A stretch of DNA of 42,265 nt from an uncultured Candidatus Saccharibacteria bacterium (GTDB lineage: Bacteria > Patescibacteriota > Minisyncoccia > Phycocordibacterales > Phycocordibacteraceae): the NCBI GenBank assembly GCA_964438675.1, contig CAYTKJ010000002.1:1-42265 (forward strand), written 5' to 3'. The translations under genes and the position numbers were made by a program. Each line of letters opens with the position of its first letter. The first letter of the stretch is position 1. Shown here one piece after another: positions 1-8,799 of this stretch. The notes below the pieces were generated by a model. The model was given only the letters and a program-made list of their open reading frames with translations, did not search any database and was not told where the DNA came from.

Positions 1-8
1 GTAGATAG

Positions 9-1790
9 ATGACCGTTAACGAGGTACGGCAAAAATACATAGATTTTTTTAAGGCCCGCGGCCATGAGGTGATCCCGGGTGTGCCGCTCGTGCCCGAGAA
101 CGATCCGACGACGCTATTTGTTGGTTCTGGCATGCAGCCACTCCTTCCATACTTTCTAGGCCAGCCACACCCGAAGGGTACAAGGGTGGTTAATACGCAA
201 CTTGCGTTTCGTGCTGGAGATATTGAAGAAGTGGGCGACAATCGACACACCTCAACGTTTGAAATGCTTGGTAACTGGTCATTCGGTGACTACTTTAAGA
301 AGGACCAGATAGCGTGGATGTATCAGTTCTTAACTCAAGAATTAGGAATCAATAAGGATAGACTCTGGGTAACATGCTTTGAAGGTGACGAGAGGCTCGG
401 AATAAAGAAGGATGAAATCTCAGCACGAGAGTGGCAGATGCATGGTATAGACCCGAGTCATATACTCTTTTACCCTGCAAAGAAAAACTGGTGGAGTAGG
501 GCCGGCGTGCCTGACAACATGCCTGCGGGCGAGCCAGGTGGCCCAGACTCAGAAATGTTTTTTGATTTCGGTACAGCGCATGATCCAGCATTTGGAGAAG
601 TGTGCCATCCAAACTGCGATTGTGGTCGGTTTATGGAGATTGGAAACAACGTTTTTATGATGTACGTGAAGCAGGAGGATGGTTCGTTTAAAGAATTACC
701 TCGGGCTAATGTCGACTTTGGAGGTGGGGTGGAGCGCCTTACCGCTGCGCACCTTGACACACCAGACATCTTTAAAATCGACACACTGTGGGCAACGATT
801 GATGCACTTCAGAAAAAAACAGATGCCGTCTACGAACACGGACTATTAACTCGCTCGTTCCGCATTGTTGCAGACCACATCCGTGGCGCAGTGTTTATGA
901 TAGGTGACGGAGTTCTGCCGTCCAATACTGAGCAGGGGTACATTTTGCGCCGCCTTATCCGCCGCGCAATTCAGCACGCTGACCGTATCTCCGCACAGAC
1001 AGTCGAACTTGCTGATTTAGTTGATACCGTCGTCGAACCATACAAAGGATGGTACCTACGCGTTCTTGAAAAGCGCGACCATATTGTTTCTGTTATTAAA
1101 GAAGAAGAACAACGCTTTAGAAAAACACTCAAGGACGGACTTAAAGAGTTTGAGCGTGGCACTGATCCTTTTATCTTATTTACCACCTACGGTTTCCCAA
1201 TAGAGATGACCGAGGAACTCGCTAAAGAGCAGGGGCGAGTAATAGACATGGCAGGATTTAAACAGAAGATGGAGGAGCACCAAGCGCTCTCTCGCGCCGG
1301 TGCGGAACAAAAGTTTAAAGGAGGATTGGCTGACACTGGGGAGACGACAACTATGCTCCACACCTCGACACATCTGATGCTCGCGGGACTCCGAAAGTAC
1401 TTAGGCGATCATGTTCATCAAGCTGGGTCAAACATCACCGCCGAGCGTTCGCGTTTTGATTTTACTCACCCAGAGAAAGTTCCGCGCGATGTCTTAGACA
1501 AAGTAGAAGCGTACGTAAACGAAGCAATAGGGAAGGGCGCTGCAGTTGAAATAGTGCAAATGCCGAAGGATGAAGCGAAGGCGCAAGGCGTAGAAGGTAG
1601 TTTTTGGGAAAAGTACCCTGACGTGGTCAATGTGTACCAAGTTAAGGCGTCAGACGGCACTGTCTATAGCCGTGAGCTCTGTGGCGGACCTCATGTCGAA
1701 AACACTGGTCTCATAAAAGGCACCTTCAAAATTGTTAAAGAAGAGGCGTCTTCTGCGGGTGTTCGTAGGATTAAGGCAGTCTTAGAATAA
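9..1790 (+). CDS. alaS: alanine--tRNA ligase, short form (catalytic + editing domains, no C-Ala domain)
   Basis: 593-aa ORF. Class II AlaRS signatures are present (NDPTTLF, RHTSTFEMLGNWSFGDYFK), as are the editing-domain zinc motifs (HTSTHLMLAGL..H and CGGPHV). The ORF stops just after GVRRIKAV. Confidence 0.93.
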   Translation: MTVNEVRQKYIDFFKARGHEVIPGVPLVPENDPTTLFVGSGMQPLLPYFLGQPHPKGTRVVNTQLAFRAGDIEEVGDNRHTSTFEMLGNWSFGDYFKKDQIAWMYQFLTQELGINKDRLWVTCFEGDERLGIKKDEISAREWQMHGIDPSHILFYPAKKNWWSRAGVPDNMPAGEPGGPDSEMFFDFGTAHDPAFGEVCHPNCDCGRFMEIGNNVFMMYVKQEDGSFKELPRANVDFGGGVERLTAAHLDTPDIFKIDTLWATIDALQKKTDAVYEHGLLTRSFRIVADHIRGAVFMIGDGVLPSNTEQGYILRRLIRRAIQHADRISAQTVELADLVDTVVEPYKGWYLRVLEKRDHIVSVIKEEEQRFRKTLKDGLKEFERGTDPFILFTTYGFPIEMTEELAKEQGRVIDMAGFKQKMEEHQALSRAGAEQKFKGGLADTGETTTMLHTSTHLMLAGLRKYLGDHVHQAGSNITAERSRFDFTHPEKVPRDVLDKVEAYVNEAIGKGAAVEIVQMPKDEAKAQGVEGSFWEKYPDVVNVYQVKASDGTVYSRELCGGPHVENTGLIKGTFKIVKEEASSAGVRRIKAVLE

Positions 1791-1800
1791 ATCTACGCGT

Positions 1801-1899
1801 ATGAAAAGAGATGAAAAAGAAAGGGGTGCGGCCGCAGGTACTATGGCTGTGATGTTTATTTTGATTTTTGCTCTCTATACATATTTCACTGAGGGGTAG
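1801..1899 (+). CDS. hypothetical 32-aa single-TM micropeptide (below the ORF-track size cutoff)
   Basis: ATG at 1801, TAG at 1897-1899. My translation is MKRDEKERGAAAGTMAVMFILIFALYTYFTEG, with a hydrophobic core. TAGAAT lies at 1783-1788, and the ORF ends 8 nt before the next gene. Confidence 0.3.
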   Translation: MKRDEKERGAAAGTMAVMFILIFALYTYFTEG

Positions 1900-1907
1900 G
1901 GGAAGTA

Positions 1908-3086
1908 ATGCGTCCACTTTATTTCTTGCGCTACACTAGAGTAGTGCAACAGCCTATACTCATTCTTGATATTGATTCGTCATCAGTAGGTGCGTGCGTA
2001 CTCGATTTTTTTGATAAGCCACAACTCTCGTCAGTCATGCGAGTTCCGATCGGTACTGGCCTTGTTCGTGAGCCCGGCGCGTTGCTCATACAAGTAAAGG
2101 AAGCGCTCGCGAGACTTATCCCACAATACGCGAGACAATACCCAGGACTAACAAGCGTTGCTATCGTTTTAGCTTCTCCGTGGTTTGCAGCGACAGTTAA
2201 GCGACTCAATACAAAGTCGGAAAAGCCAGTAAAGGTAAGCCAGAGCTCGATTCGCTCACTAGTCAGTGACTTTAGAGCTAAAAACCCACCAAGCGCAGGA
2301 CACACGACGCTTGAGGCACTTCCCATAACCGTTGAGGTAAATGGCTATCGGACTCGACTCTTGAGCGCCGTGCATGGCTCAACACTTGCAGTGACATTTT
2401 ACGAGTCATTTACTGATCAGACGTTCATCGATATGTTGCGTGACGTTATTCGCGTCTCGCTCGCAAAGGCAAAGATTTCTATACATACAACCCCTCTTGC
2501 GTACGCGGAAACACTGCTGAGGCTTTCTGATGAAGAGCACGCGACTATTATTGACGTTGGTGGCGAGGTTACAGATGTGGTAGTGCTTTCTCATCAGCGT
2601 ATAGCATACGTGGGGTCTTTACCCATAGGCTCGAGAACTATTGCACGTAGCATCGGTGGAAATAAGGACTCGACGCTTGCAGACGCGCAGTCGAGGCTCG
2701 CTCTCTTTGCTCGTGCAGAACTGACACAAAAGGAGATGCAGGTCACGTCTGCGGCTCTCACTACAGCAAGCGCTGAGTGGCAAAAGCAGTACCTCGCAGT
2801 CTTAAATGAGGCAGGTAATAGTGTACCGCTTTCACATCGTGTTTTTGTCACGGGCGAGCGAGATGAATTAGCATGGTTTACGCAAGTTATTTCTGGGGCA
2901 GAGTCGAGAGGGCAGCGGCCAGTGCCGACCGTGGTAGATCATAGTTATTTTCTTGGCATGGTCACGTATGGCACTGATGGTTTATTCGATTCCTCGCTTG
3001 TCCTTGATTCGCTCTTTTTCCACATGCAGGACGCACAGCAAAGTAAAAAGGAGTTAGTCCCACCCGTGCTATACTCCGTGCAATGA
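1908..3086 (+). CDS. actin-fold (ASKHA) ATPase-like protein, PilM/FtsA-like (tentative)
   Basis: 392-aa ORF with phosphate-loop-like motifs LILDIDSSSVGACVL (N-terminal) and IIDVGGEVTDVVVL (central), plus VFVTGE near the C-terminus. A purine-rich GAGGGGTAGGGGAAG lies upstream. Confidence 0.5.
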   Translation: MRPLYFLRYTRVVQQPILILDIDSSSVGACVLDFFDKPQLSSVMRVPIGTGLVREPGALLIQVKEALARLIPQYARQYPGLTSVAIVLASPWFAATVKRLNTKSEKPVKVSQSSIRSLVSDFRAKNPPSAGHTTLEALPITVEVNGYRTRLLSAVHGSTLAVTFYESFTDQTFIDMLRDVIRVSLAKAKISIHTTPLAYAETLLRLSDEEHATIIDVGGEVTDVVVLSHQRIAYVGSLPIGSRTIARSIGGNKDSTLADAQSRLALFARAELTQKEMQVTSAALTTASAEWQKQYLAVLNEAGNSVPLSHRVFVTGERDELAWFTQVISGAESRGQRPVPTVVDHSYFLGMVTYGTDGLFDSSLVLDSLFFHMQDAQQSKKELVPPVLYSVQ

Positions 3087-4363
3087 ATGGCAGAAGTATT
3101 CAAGACATCATCCCTCCGGTGCGTAACAAACCTATACGCCCGCCACTTTCAAGAACTAGTGAATCTCCGCCCTCACCACCGCCACAGAGCCCGCAACACA
3201 TACACATAGACATGCCCTCAGAGCCATCAAAAAACAACACTTTCATTTTCATTGCTATTGGTGGACTCGCCGTTGCGGCGCTGGTCATTGGACTCATGAG
3301 CACGGTCTTTCATAGCGCACGCGTCTCTATTACGCTTGCAGAATGGAAGGTAGATGTGTCGAGTACCTACTCGGCTGGAACCGATAGTTTACCCTACACC
3401 CCGCTCAAGGTATCGGCTGAGGTTTCGAGAACTGTTCCGGCAACAGGAACCATAGATGCATCTGATAGAGCCTCGGGTACGATTGTAGTATCCAATCTTC
3501 ACTCGGCTAAGACACAGCGACTCATTACAAACACTCGTTTCGAGTCATCTGATGGAAAAATCTATCGCATTCATGCGCCTATTACGGTCCCTGGGTACAC
3601 CGTGCGTGGTGGTGAAAAGATACCTGGCGTCATTGAAGCAGTCGTATACGCTGATCAGCCAGGCGAAAGCCACAACGTTAACACTGCTACTTTTAAATTA
3701 CCTGGGCTCAAGGGATCAAGTCAGTATGATCTAATCACTGCGACTACCAAGGGTCCGCTTTCGGGCGGCTTTGTAGGGAAGCGCGCAACAGTCGAAAAGT
3801 CAGTGCGTGACCAGGCTGTCGCCGAGATAAAGGCAGAGCTTGATCGAGAGCTGCGAGAGAAAGTCGGAATTGCGGTGCCTCCTGGAGCAATCCTGCTTGA
3901 GGATTCCCTAGCGCTTTACTATGTTGAAAAGCCCGACACTGCTGCTGATAAAAACGCCACAATAACTGTAGTAGGAACTGCGCTAGCACCAGCATTTCCT
4001 AGTGAAAGCCTTGCGCTCTCACTCAGCACTGTTGCTAATATCTCCTCAGACTCGCCACTCGAGATCCTTAATCCATCAGAGCTCCAATATGCTGAGATTT
4101 CAGCTGGAGAGCTCGAGGCAGGTGGAACCATTACGTTCACACTCTCTGGCATTGCACACCTCAGAACGACTTTTAATGAAAAGGCTTTTGCAGCTGACAT
4201 TGCTGGTACCGGAAAGGGAGAGGCTGAGGCCGTGAGGTCGAAATACAACGGTATCGTAGGGGCTCCAGTTTTGCAGATTAGGCCATTCTGGGTATCTTCA
4301 CTCCCTAAAAACCCCGAGCGTATTATGGTCGAAATAATGGGGGCGCTTGACCATGTCCGCTAG
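3083..4363 (+). CDS. bitopic membrane protein with Pro-rich cytoplasmic N-terminus and large extracytoplasmic domain
   Basis: 426-aa ORF whose start overlaps the upstream stop (ATGA at 3083-3086). The N-terminus reads IQDIIPPVRNKPIRPPLSRTSESPPSPPPQSP, followed by one TM helix (FIFIAIGGLAVAALVIGLMSTVF) and a ~350-aa ectodomain. No family recognised. Confidence 0.6.
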   Translation: MNGRSIQDIIPPVRNKPIRPPLSRTSESPPSPPPQSPQHIHIDMPSEPSKNNTFIFIAIGGLAVAALVIGLMSTVFHSARVSITLAEWKVDVSSTYSAGTDSLPYTPLKVSAEVSRTVPATGTIDASDRASGTIVVSNLHSAKTQRLITNTRFESSDGKIYRIHAPITVPGYTVRGGEKIPGVIEAVVYADQPGESHNVNTATFKLPGLKGSSQYDLITATTKGPLSGGFVGKRATVEKSVRDQAVAEIKAELDRELREKVGIAVPPGAILLEDSLALYYVEKPDTAADKNATITVVGTALAPAFPSESLALSLSTVANISSDSPLEILNPSELQYAEISAGELEAGGTITFTLSGIAHLRTTFNEKAFAADIAGTGKGEAEAVRSKYNGIVGAPVLQIRPFWVSSLPKNPERIMVEIMGALDHVR

Positions 4364-4402
4364 TGTCTGGTATTATCTCTAAGCCCAGATCGGACTAACG
4401 GC

Positions 4403-4621
4403 ATGGGAAACACGAAAGCAGAGAGCGAGGAGGTAAGTGGCGTCGTTATCGAAGCGCTTCCGAACGCACTCTTTCGCGTTGAGCTTGAGGGTGGCACTGA
4501 GGTACTCTCGTACCTGGCGGGGAAGATGCGTCTTCACCGTATACGTGTCCTCGTGGGTGATAAAGTAACCCTCATCCTTGACCCATACGGTGGTCGCGCA
4601 CGCATCGTGCGACGACTCTAG
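4403..4621 (+). CDS. infA: translation initiation factor IF-1
   Basis: 72-aa ORF with an S1-like IF-1 pattern ([19 protein letters not shown]...[19 protein letters not shown]). It sits at the head of the rpmJ-rpsM-rpsK cluster. TGGTATTAT lies at 4368-4376. Confidence 0.95.
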   Translation: MGNTKAESEEVSGVVIEALPNALFRVELEGGTEVLSYLAGKMRLHRIRVLVGDKVTLILDPYGGRARIVRRL

Positions 4622-4629
4622 GCACACAC

Positions 4630-4746
4630 ATGAAAGTACGCGCTTCAGTAAAAAAGCAACAAGCGGGGGACATCATTGTCCGCCGACGTGGCCGTGTGTA
4701 CCGTATCAATAAACGAAACCCCCGCCGTAAGGCACGACAAGGCTAA
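4630..4746 (+). CDS. rpmJ: 50S ribosomal protein L36
   Basis: 38-aa ORF absent from the track. My translation is [38 protein letters not shown]. It occupies the canonical position between infA and rpsM. Confidence 0.9.
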   Translation: MKVRASVKKQQAGDIIVRRRGRVYRINKRNPRRKARQG

Positions 4747-4748
4747 CT

Positions 4749-5129
4749 ATGCGTATCGCTGGCATTACACTTCCTGATAAAAAGCAGATTTCTTTCGCAC
4801 TCACTGCGGTGTACGGCATTGGGCGACCGCGCGCTATCCAGATTTGTGTCGATGCAAAAGTTGATCCAGTGAAGCTTGCCAAAGACATGACGGCGGACGA
4901 AGAAAATAAAATTCGTACTATTGTTGAGCAGTTTACGATCGAAGGGGATCTCCGCAGAGAAGTGTCATCGAACGTGAAGCGCCTCAAGGATATCAAAGCG
5001 TACCGTGGTGTACGCCACATGAAGGGACTCCCGACTCGTGGTCAGCGCACAAAAACTAATTCTCGAACTGTACGCGGCAATGTGCGTAAGACTATGGGTT
5101 CCGGACGACGTAAGCTAGAAAAGACCTAA
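4749..5129 (+). CDS. rpsM: 30S ribosomal protein S13
   Basis: 126-aa ORF: MRIAGITLPDKKQISFALTAVYGIGRPRA..., with KAYRGVRH..GLPTRGQRTKTN. Confidence 0.97.
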   Translation: MRIAGITLPDKKQISFALTAVYGIGRPRAIQICVDAKVDPVKLAKDMTADEENKIRTIVEQFTIEGDLRREVSSNVKRLKDIKAYRGVRHMKGLPTRGQRTKTNSRTVRGNVRKTMGSGRRKLEKT

Positions 5130-5133
5130 ACCT

Positions 5134-5568
5134 ATGGGAAAAAAACGCGTAAACAGAATGCAGGGCAGTGGTGTCGACTCGGGAAAACGCGAGCGAGCGC
5201 TTTCTAAAATTGCAAAGCGCAAAATTGAAAAGGCAATCCTGCACGTTGAGTCAACGTTTAATAATACAAAGCTGACACTCACTGACGAAAGTGGAGCGAC
5301 AGTTATGTGGAGCTCCGCAGGTGCACTGGGCTTTTCTGGCAACAGAAAGGCAACACCATTTGCGGCTGCAAAAGTTGGTGAAGTTATTGGCGAAAAGGCA
5401 TCTGTTGTTGGAGTTAAGGAGGCTGATGTCTACATAAAGGGTGTGGGTGCTGGTCGCGAGTCTGCCCTTCGTGCATTTTCAGGAAAGGGAATTCAAATAC
5501 TTTCAATACATGACGTCACTCCAGTCCCACACAACGGCCCACGCCCACCTAAACCACGTCGCGTCTAA
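5134..5568 (+). CDS. rpsK: 30S ribosomal protein S11
   Basis: 144-aa ORF with the S11 pattern (HVESTFNNTKLTLTD..G...WSSAG..GF.G.RK.TPFAA; DVTPVPHNGPRPPKPRRV). Confidence 0.97.
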   Translation: MGKKRVNRMQGSGVDSGKRERALSKIAKRKIEKAILHVESTFNNTKLTLTDESGATVMWSSAGALGFSGNRKATPFAAAKVGEVIGEKASVVGVKEADVYIKGVGAGRESALRAFSGKGIQILSIHDVTPVPHNGPRPPKPRRV

Positions 5569-5577
5569 TACACATAT

Positions 5578-6189
5578 ATGCTCATTGGTCCAAAATATAA
5601 AATCTGTAAGCGACTTGGCTCTAACGTTTTTGAGAAGTGTCAGACGAAGTCTTTTGCGGCACGCGCACAACAGCAAGGTGAGAAAAAGCAAAGGGGTGGA
5701 AAGCGTGCGGGCAGCGACTTTAAGCGTCAGCTTATAGAGAAGCAGAAGCTTCGCCTGATCTATTCACTGACTGAGAAGCAATTTGCGAAATACGTTATGG
5801 ACGCACTTGCCTCTGGTGAGAATCCATCACAGGTATTGTTTGCAAAACTCGAAACACGACTTGATTCGTTCCTATTCCGCACTGGACTCGTCGCGACTCG
5901 ACGCGCAGCGCGTCAGATGGCAGCGCACGGACATGCAACCATAAACGGCAAGCGTGTCACCGTACCGTCCTATCAGCTTTCCGTAAATGATGTTGTGGCA
6001 ATTCGTGAAGCATCAAAGTCGAGCGCCTTGTTTGAAGGACTTTCTGAGAAGCTTAAGGAGCGCTCACTTCCAACTTGGGTTGCCTTTGATGTTGATCAGA
6101 AGTCTGCTACGTTACGCGCGTTACCGTCTTGGGGTGAGCGCGACTCTATTGTTGATTTTGGCGCGGTGTTTGAATATTACACCCGTTAA
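5578..6189 (+). CDS. rpsD: 30S ribosomal protein S4
   Basis: 203-aa ORF with S4 N-terminal and S4 RNA-binding domain patterns (RLDSFLFRTGLVATRRAARQMAAHGH..ING). Confidence 0.97.
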   Translation: MLIGPKYKICKRLGSNVFEKCQTKSFAARAQQQGEKKQRGGKRAGSDFKRQLIEKQKLRLIYSLTEKQFAKYVMDALASGENPSQVLFAKLETRLDSFLFRTGLVATRRAARQMAAHGHATINGKRVTVPSYQLSVNDVVAIREASKSSALFEGLSEKLKERSLPTWVAFDVDQKSATLRALPSWGERDSIVDFGAVFEYYTR

Positions 6190-6222
6190 AATTTATTTAT
6201 TTAAAGTAAATTCGATTGCGTT

Positions 6223-7173
6223 ATGGACTACTCAATAGTGTTACCGTCAAAACCACGAGTGATCTCTGAAGAAGGGAATTCTGGTGTATATGAAATTGAC
6301 GGGTTTTATCCAGGATACGGGCATACGATTGGTAACTCACTCAGACGAATTGTGCTCTCGTCTATTCCCGGAGCTGCAATTACAGCGGTGAAGATTGACG
6401 GAGTTAATCACGAGTTTTCAACGATGAGTGGTGTCAAAGAAGACGTGGTAGCCATAATCCTAAACCTAAAGAAAGTTCGTATTCGCATCGTGGACGGCCA
6501 GCCACACACACTTACCCTTACTAAAAAGGGAGTTGGTCCGGTCACCGCGGGTGACATAGAGGTTCCTGGGCAGGTTGAAATCCTTAACGCTGACCTCCAC
6601 CTCTGCGAAATTACTGACAAGAACACAAAGATAGAGATGGAGCTCTCTGTAGACACTGGACTTGGATATGTTCCTAAGGAGGTTCTCCAAAAAGAACGCG
6701 CTGAAATCGGAGCCATCGTGCTTGATGCCATTTTTACCCCCATTCGTCGCGCCCACTACGAAGTAGAGAACATGCGCGTTGGTGACAAGACAAACTTTAA
6801 TCGCCTGCGCGTGAGTCTCGAGACTGACGGTACGCTCACCCCTCGGGAGGCACTTGAACGCTCAATCGGGATCATGATCCAACAGCTCAAGGCTATTGTT
6901 GGCTTTAAAGAAGATGAACCAGCACTCGAGAGTGCAGAAACACCAATGAGTCAGGAGTCTCAAGAGGATGTTATGAAAACAAGGATAGAGGAGCTTGAAC
7001 TCTCGACCCGCACTGCAAATGCACTGACCAGTGCATCTATTCGCACCGTTGGTGGTTTGGTGCGAAAGACAGGCACTGACCTTTTGTCAATTGAAGGAGT
7101 CGGAGAAAAGGCAGTTGATGAAATTCGTTCAGCGCTCAAGCAGTTGGAGCTCGGTCTAAAAAAAGAAGAGTAG
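6223..7173 (+). CDS. rpoA: DNA-directed RNA polymerase subunit alpha
   Basis: 316-aa ORF with GYGHTIGNSLRRIVLSS.PGAAIT in the N-terminal domain and a C-terminal HhH domain (ELELSTRTANAL...IRTVGGL). Canonical position after rpsD. Confidence 0.97.
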   Translation: MDYSIVLPSKPRVISEEGNSGVYEIDGFYPGYGHTIGNSLRRIVLSSIPGAAITAVKIDGVNHEFSTMSGVKEDVVAIILNLKKVRIRIVDGQPHTLTLTKKGVGPVTAGDIEVPGQVEILNADLHLCEITDKNTKIEMELSVDTGLGYVPKEVLQKERAEIGAIVLDAIFTPIRRAHYEVENMRVGDKTNFNRLRVSLETDGTLTPREALERSIGIMIQQLKAIVGFKEDEPALESAETPMSQESQEDVMKTRIEELELSTRTANALTSASIRTVGGLVRKTGTDLLSIEGVGEKAVDEIRSALKQLELGLKKEE

Positions 7174-7174
7174 T

Positions 7175-7528
7175 ATGCGACACCACAGCACACAGCGAAA
7201 ATTTAATCGTAAGCGCTCAGTGCGTAAGGCGTTGCTCTCGTCCCTTGTAGAGGCGTTGGTACTTAAGGAGAAAATTGTCACCACTGAAGCTAAGGCTAAA
7301 GAGTTGAGAAAGGTACTAGAGCCACTCATTACAAAAGGTAAACAGAACACGCTTGCAGCGCGACGTGTCATTATTGCATCGGTACAGGGACGTGAGCGTG
7401 TTGCAAAAAAGATACTCGATACACTCTCTCCGCGCTATCAGGACAGAAAGGGTGGGTATACGCGAGTGACTAAGGTATTTAAAAAGTCAGCAGATGCTCG
7501 TAAAACAGCACTTATTGAATTCGTATAA
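7175..7528 (+). CDS. rplQ: 50S ribosomal protein L17
   Basis: 117-aa ORF: MRHHSTQRKFNRKRSVRKALLSSL...TTEAKAKELRK. It follows rpoA. Confidence 0.95.
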   Translation: MRHHSTQRKFNRKRSVRKALLSSLVEALVLKEKIVTTEAKAKELRKVLEPLITKGKQNTLAARRVIIASVQGRERVAKKILDTLSPRYQDRKGGYTRVTKVFKKSADARKTALIEFV

Positions 7529-7530
7529 GT

Positions 7531-7881
7531 ATGACTACCTACACCATAGATGCAAAGGGTAAGAGGCTGGGACGGGTTGCGACTGAGGCGGCTTCTCTAC
7601 TACGTGGGAAAAACCGTGCAGACTTTGTTAAGCACAAGTCGCCTGAGGTGCGCGTATTAATTGAAAATGCGGGTAAGCTCATGCTCACTGAGGCTAAGAA
7701 ATCAGAGACGGTATATAAGCGCTTTTCTGGGCACCAAGGTTCAAAGGTAAAGATCGAATCACTCAAGCACCTTTCTGCACGAAAAGGGTATCGTGAAGGA
7801 CTTAAGCTAGCGATCCGAGGCATGCTCCCGAACAATAAGCTTCGTCCAGGACTATTAAAACGATTAACAATTACTGACTAG
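7531..7881 (+). CDS. rplM: 50S ribosomal protein L13 (short)
   Basis: 116-aa ORF with L13 core motifs (GKRLGRVATEAASLLRGK, AIRGMLP.NKL). It is shorter than the ~142-aa typical form at both ends. Confidence 0.92.
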   Translation: MTTYTIDAKGKRLGRVATEAASLLRGKNRADFVKHKSPEVRVLIENAGKLMLTEAKKSETVYKRFSGHQGSKVKIESLKHLSARKGYREGLKLAIRGMLPNNKLRPGLLKRLTITD

Positions 7882-7882
7882 T

Positions 7883-8275
7883 ATGGCGACTGCAACATAC
7901 ACTGAGACCGTAGGCCGAAGAAAAACTGCATCGGCGCGCGTGCGTATAGCACCAGCAACAAAGCAGTCTATGCAGGTCAACGGCAAAGATGCGAACGACT
8001 ATTTCGTTATCCCTGAGCACCAGAGTATGGTGCGGGCACCGCTTGCGCTCACTGGAGAGGTATTTTCTATTACGGTGGTAGTTCATGGTGGTGGTATCGC
8101 TGCTCAGGCAGAAGCGGTGCGACACGGCATTGCACGCGCAATAGAGGTACGTGATGGAGCAAAGCGTGGCGAGCTCAAAAAGGCAGGTTTTTTGAAGCGA
8201 GATCCACGCGCCAAGGAGCGAAGGAAACCTGGTCTCAAAAAGGCCCGCAAGTCTCCGCAGTGGTCTAAGAGATAG
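7883..8275 (+). CDS. rpsI: 30S ribosomal protein S9
   Basis: 130-aa ORF: GRRKTASARV..., with a C-terminus of RDPRAKERRKPGLKKARKSPQWSKR. Confidence 0.96.
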   Translation: MATATYTETVGRRKTASARVRIAPATKQSMQVNGKDANDYFVIPEHQSMVRAPLALTGEVFSITVVVHGGGIAAQAEAVRHGIARAIEVRDGAKRGELKKAGFLKRDPRAKERRKPGLKKARKSPQWSKR

Positions 8276-8298
8276 TTTTCACGTATACTAGGTGCACT

Positions 8299-8799
8299 AT
8301 GAACAGCGGTGATGACGTTATTCTTGAAGCTGAAGATGGTGAGGGCTCTACTGGCACACCAGAGCAGAAGCTAAAGATGCTCCGTGATAAGCTACGCTCT
8401 ACAGAGGCAGAGGCTGCAGAAAATTTAGCGGGCTGGCAACGTTCAAAGGCCGACTACGTTAACCTACAAAAGCGAGCACGTGATGATGTACTTTTGCTTT
8501 CAGAAACAACCAAAGTTAGAATTATTGAGTCACTGGTTCCTGTCTTCGACTCTATAGAGGCAAGTGCACACGAGACAGTGTTCAAACAGTTAGAGAGCAC
8601 TCTCGAAAAGCACGGAATAACACGATACCGGCCCGAGACTGGCACTGAGTTTGACCCAAATACCGCAGAAGCAGTTTCAACAGTTGCAACAAATAACAAG
8701 TTGCAAGATAATAAAATAGACTCTGTCCTTCAATCTGGATATCGCAGTGGGGACAGCATTATCAGACCAGCACGAGTAACTGTACAACACTATGAGTAA
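8299..8799 (+). CDS. grpE: nucleotide exchange factor GrpE
   Basis: 166-aa ORF with a coiled-coil N-terminus and a GrpE-like C-terminal beta domain (FDPNTAEAV......G....RPARV.V). It lies directly upstream of, and overlaps, dnaK. TATACT at 8284-8289. Confidence 0.9.
   Translation: MNSGDDVILEAEDGEGSTGTPEQKLKMLRDKLRSTEAEAAENLAGWQRSKADYVNLQKRARDDVLLLSETTKVRIIESLVPVFDSIEASAHETVFKQLESTLEKHGITRYRPETGTEFDPNTAEAVSTVATNNKLQDNKIDSVLQSGYRSGDSIIRPARVTVQHYE

Noticed and set aside
8276-8298. A CIRCE/HrcA operator upstream of grpE-dnaK-dnaJ.
   Set aside because: The 23-nt gap and the adjacent sequence contain no TTAGCACTC-N9-GAGTGCTAA-like inverted repeat.
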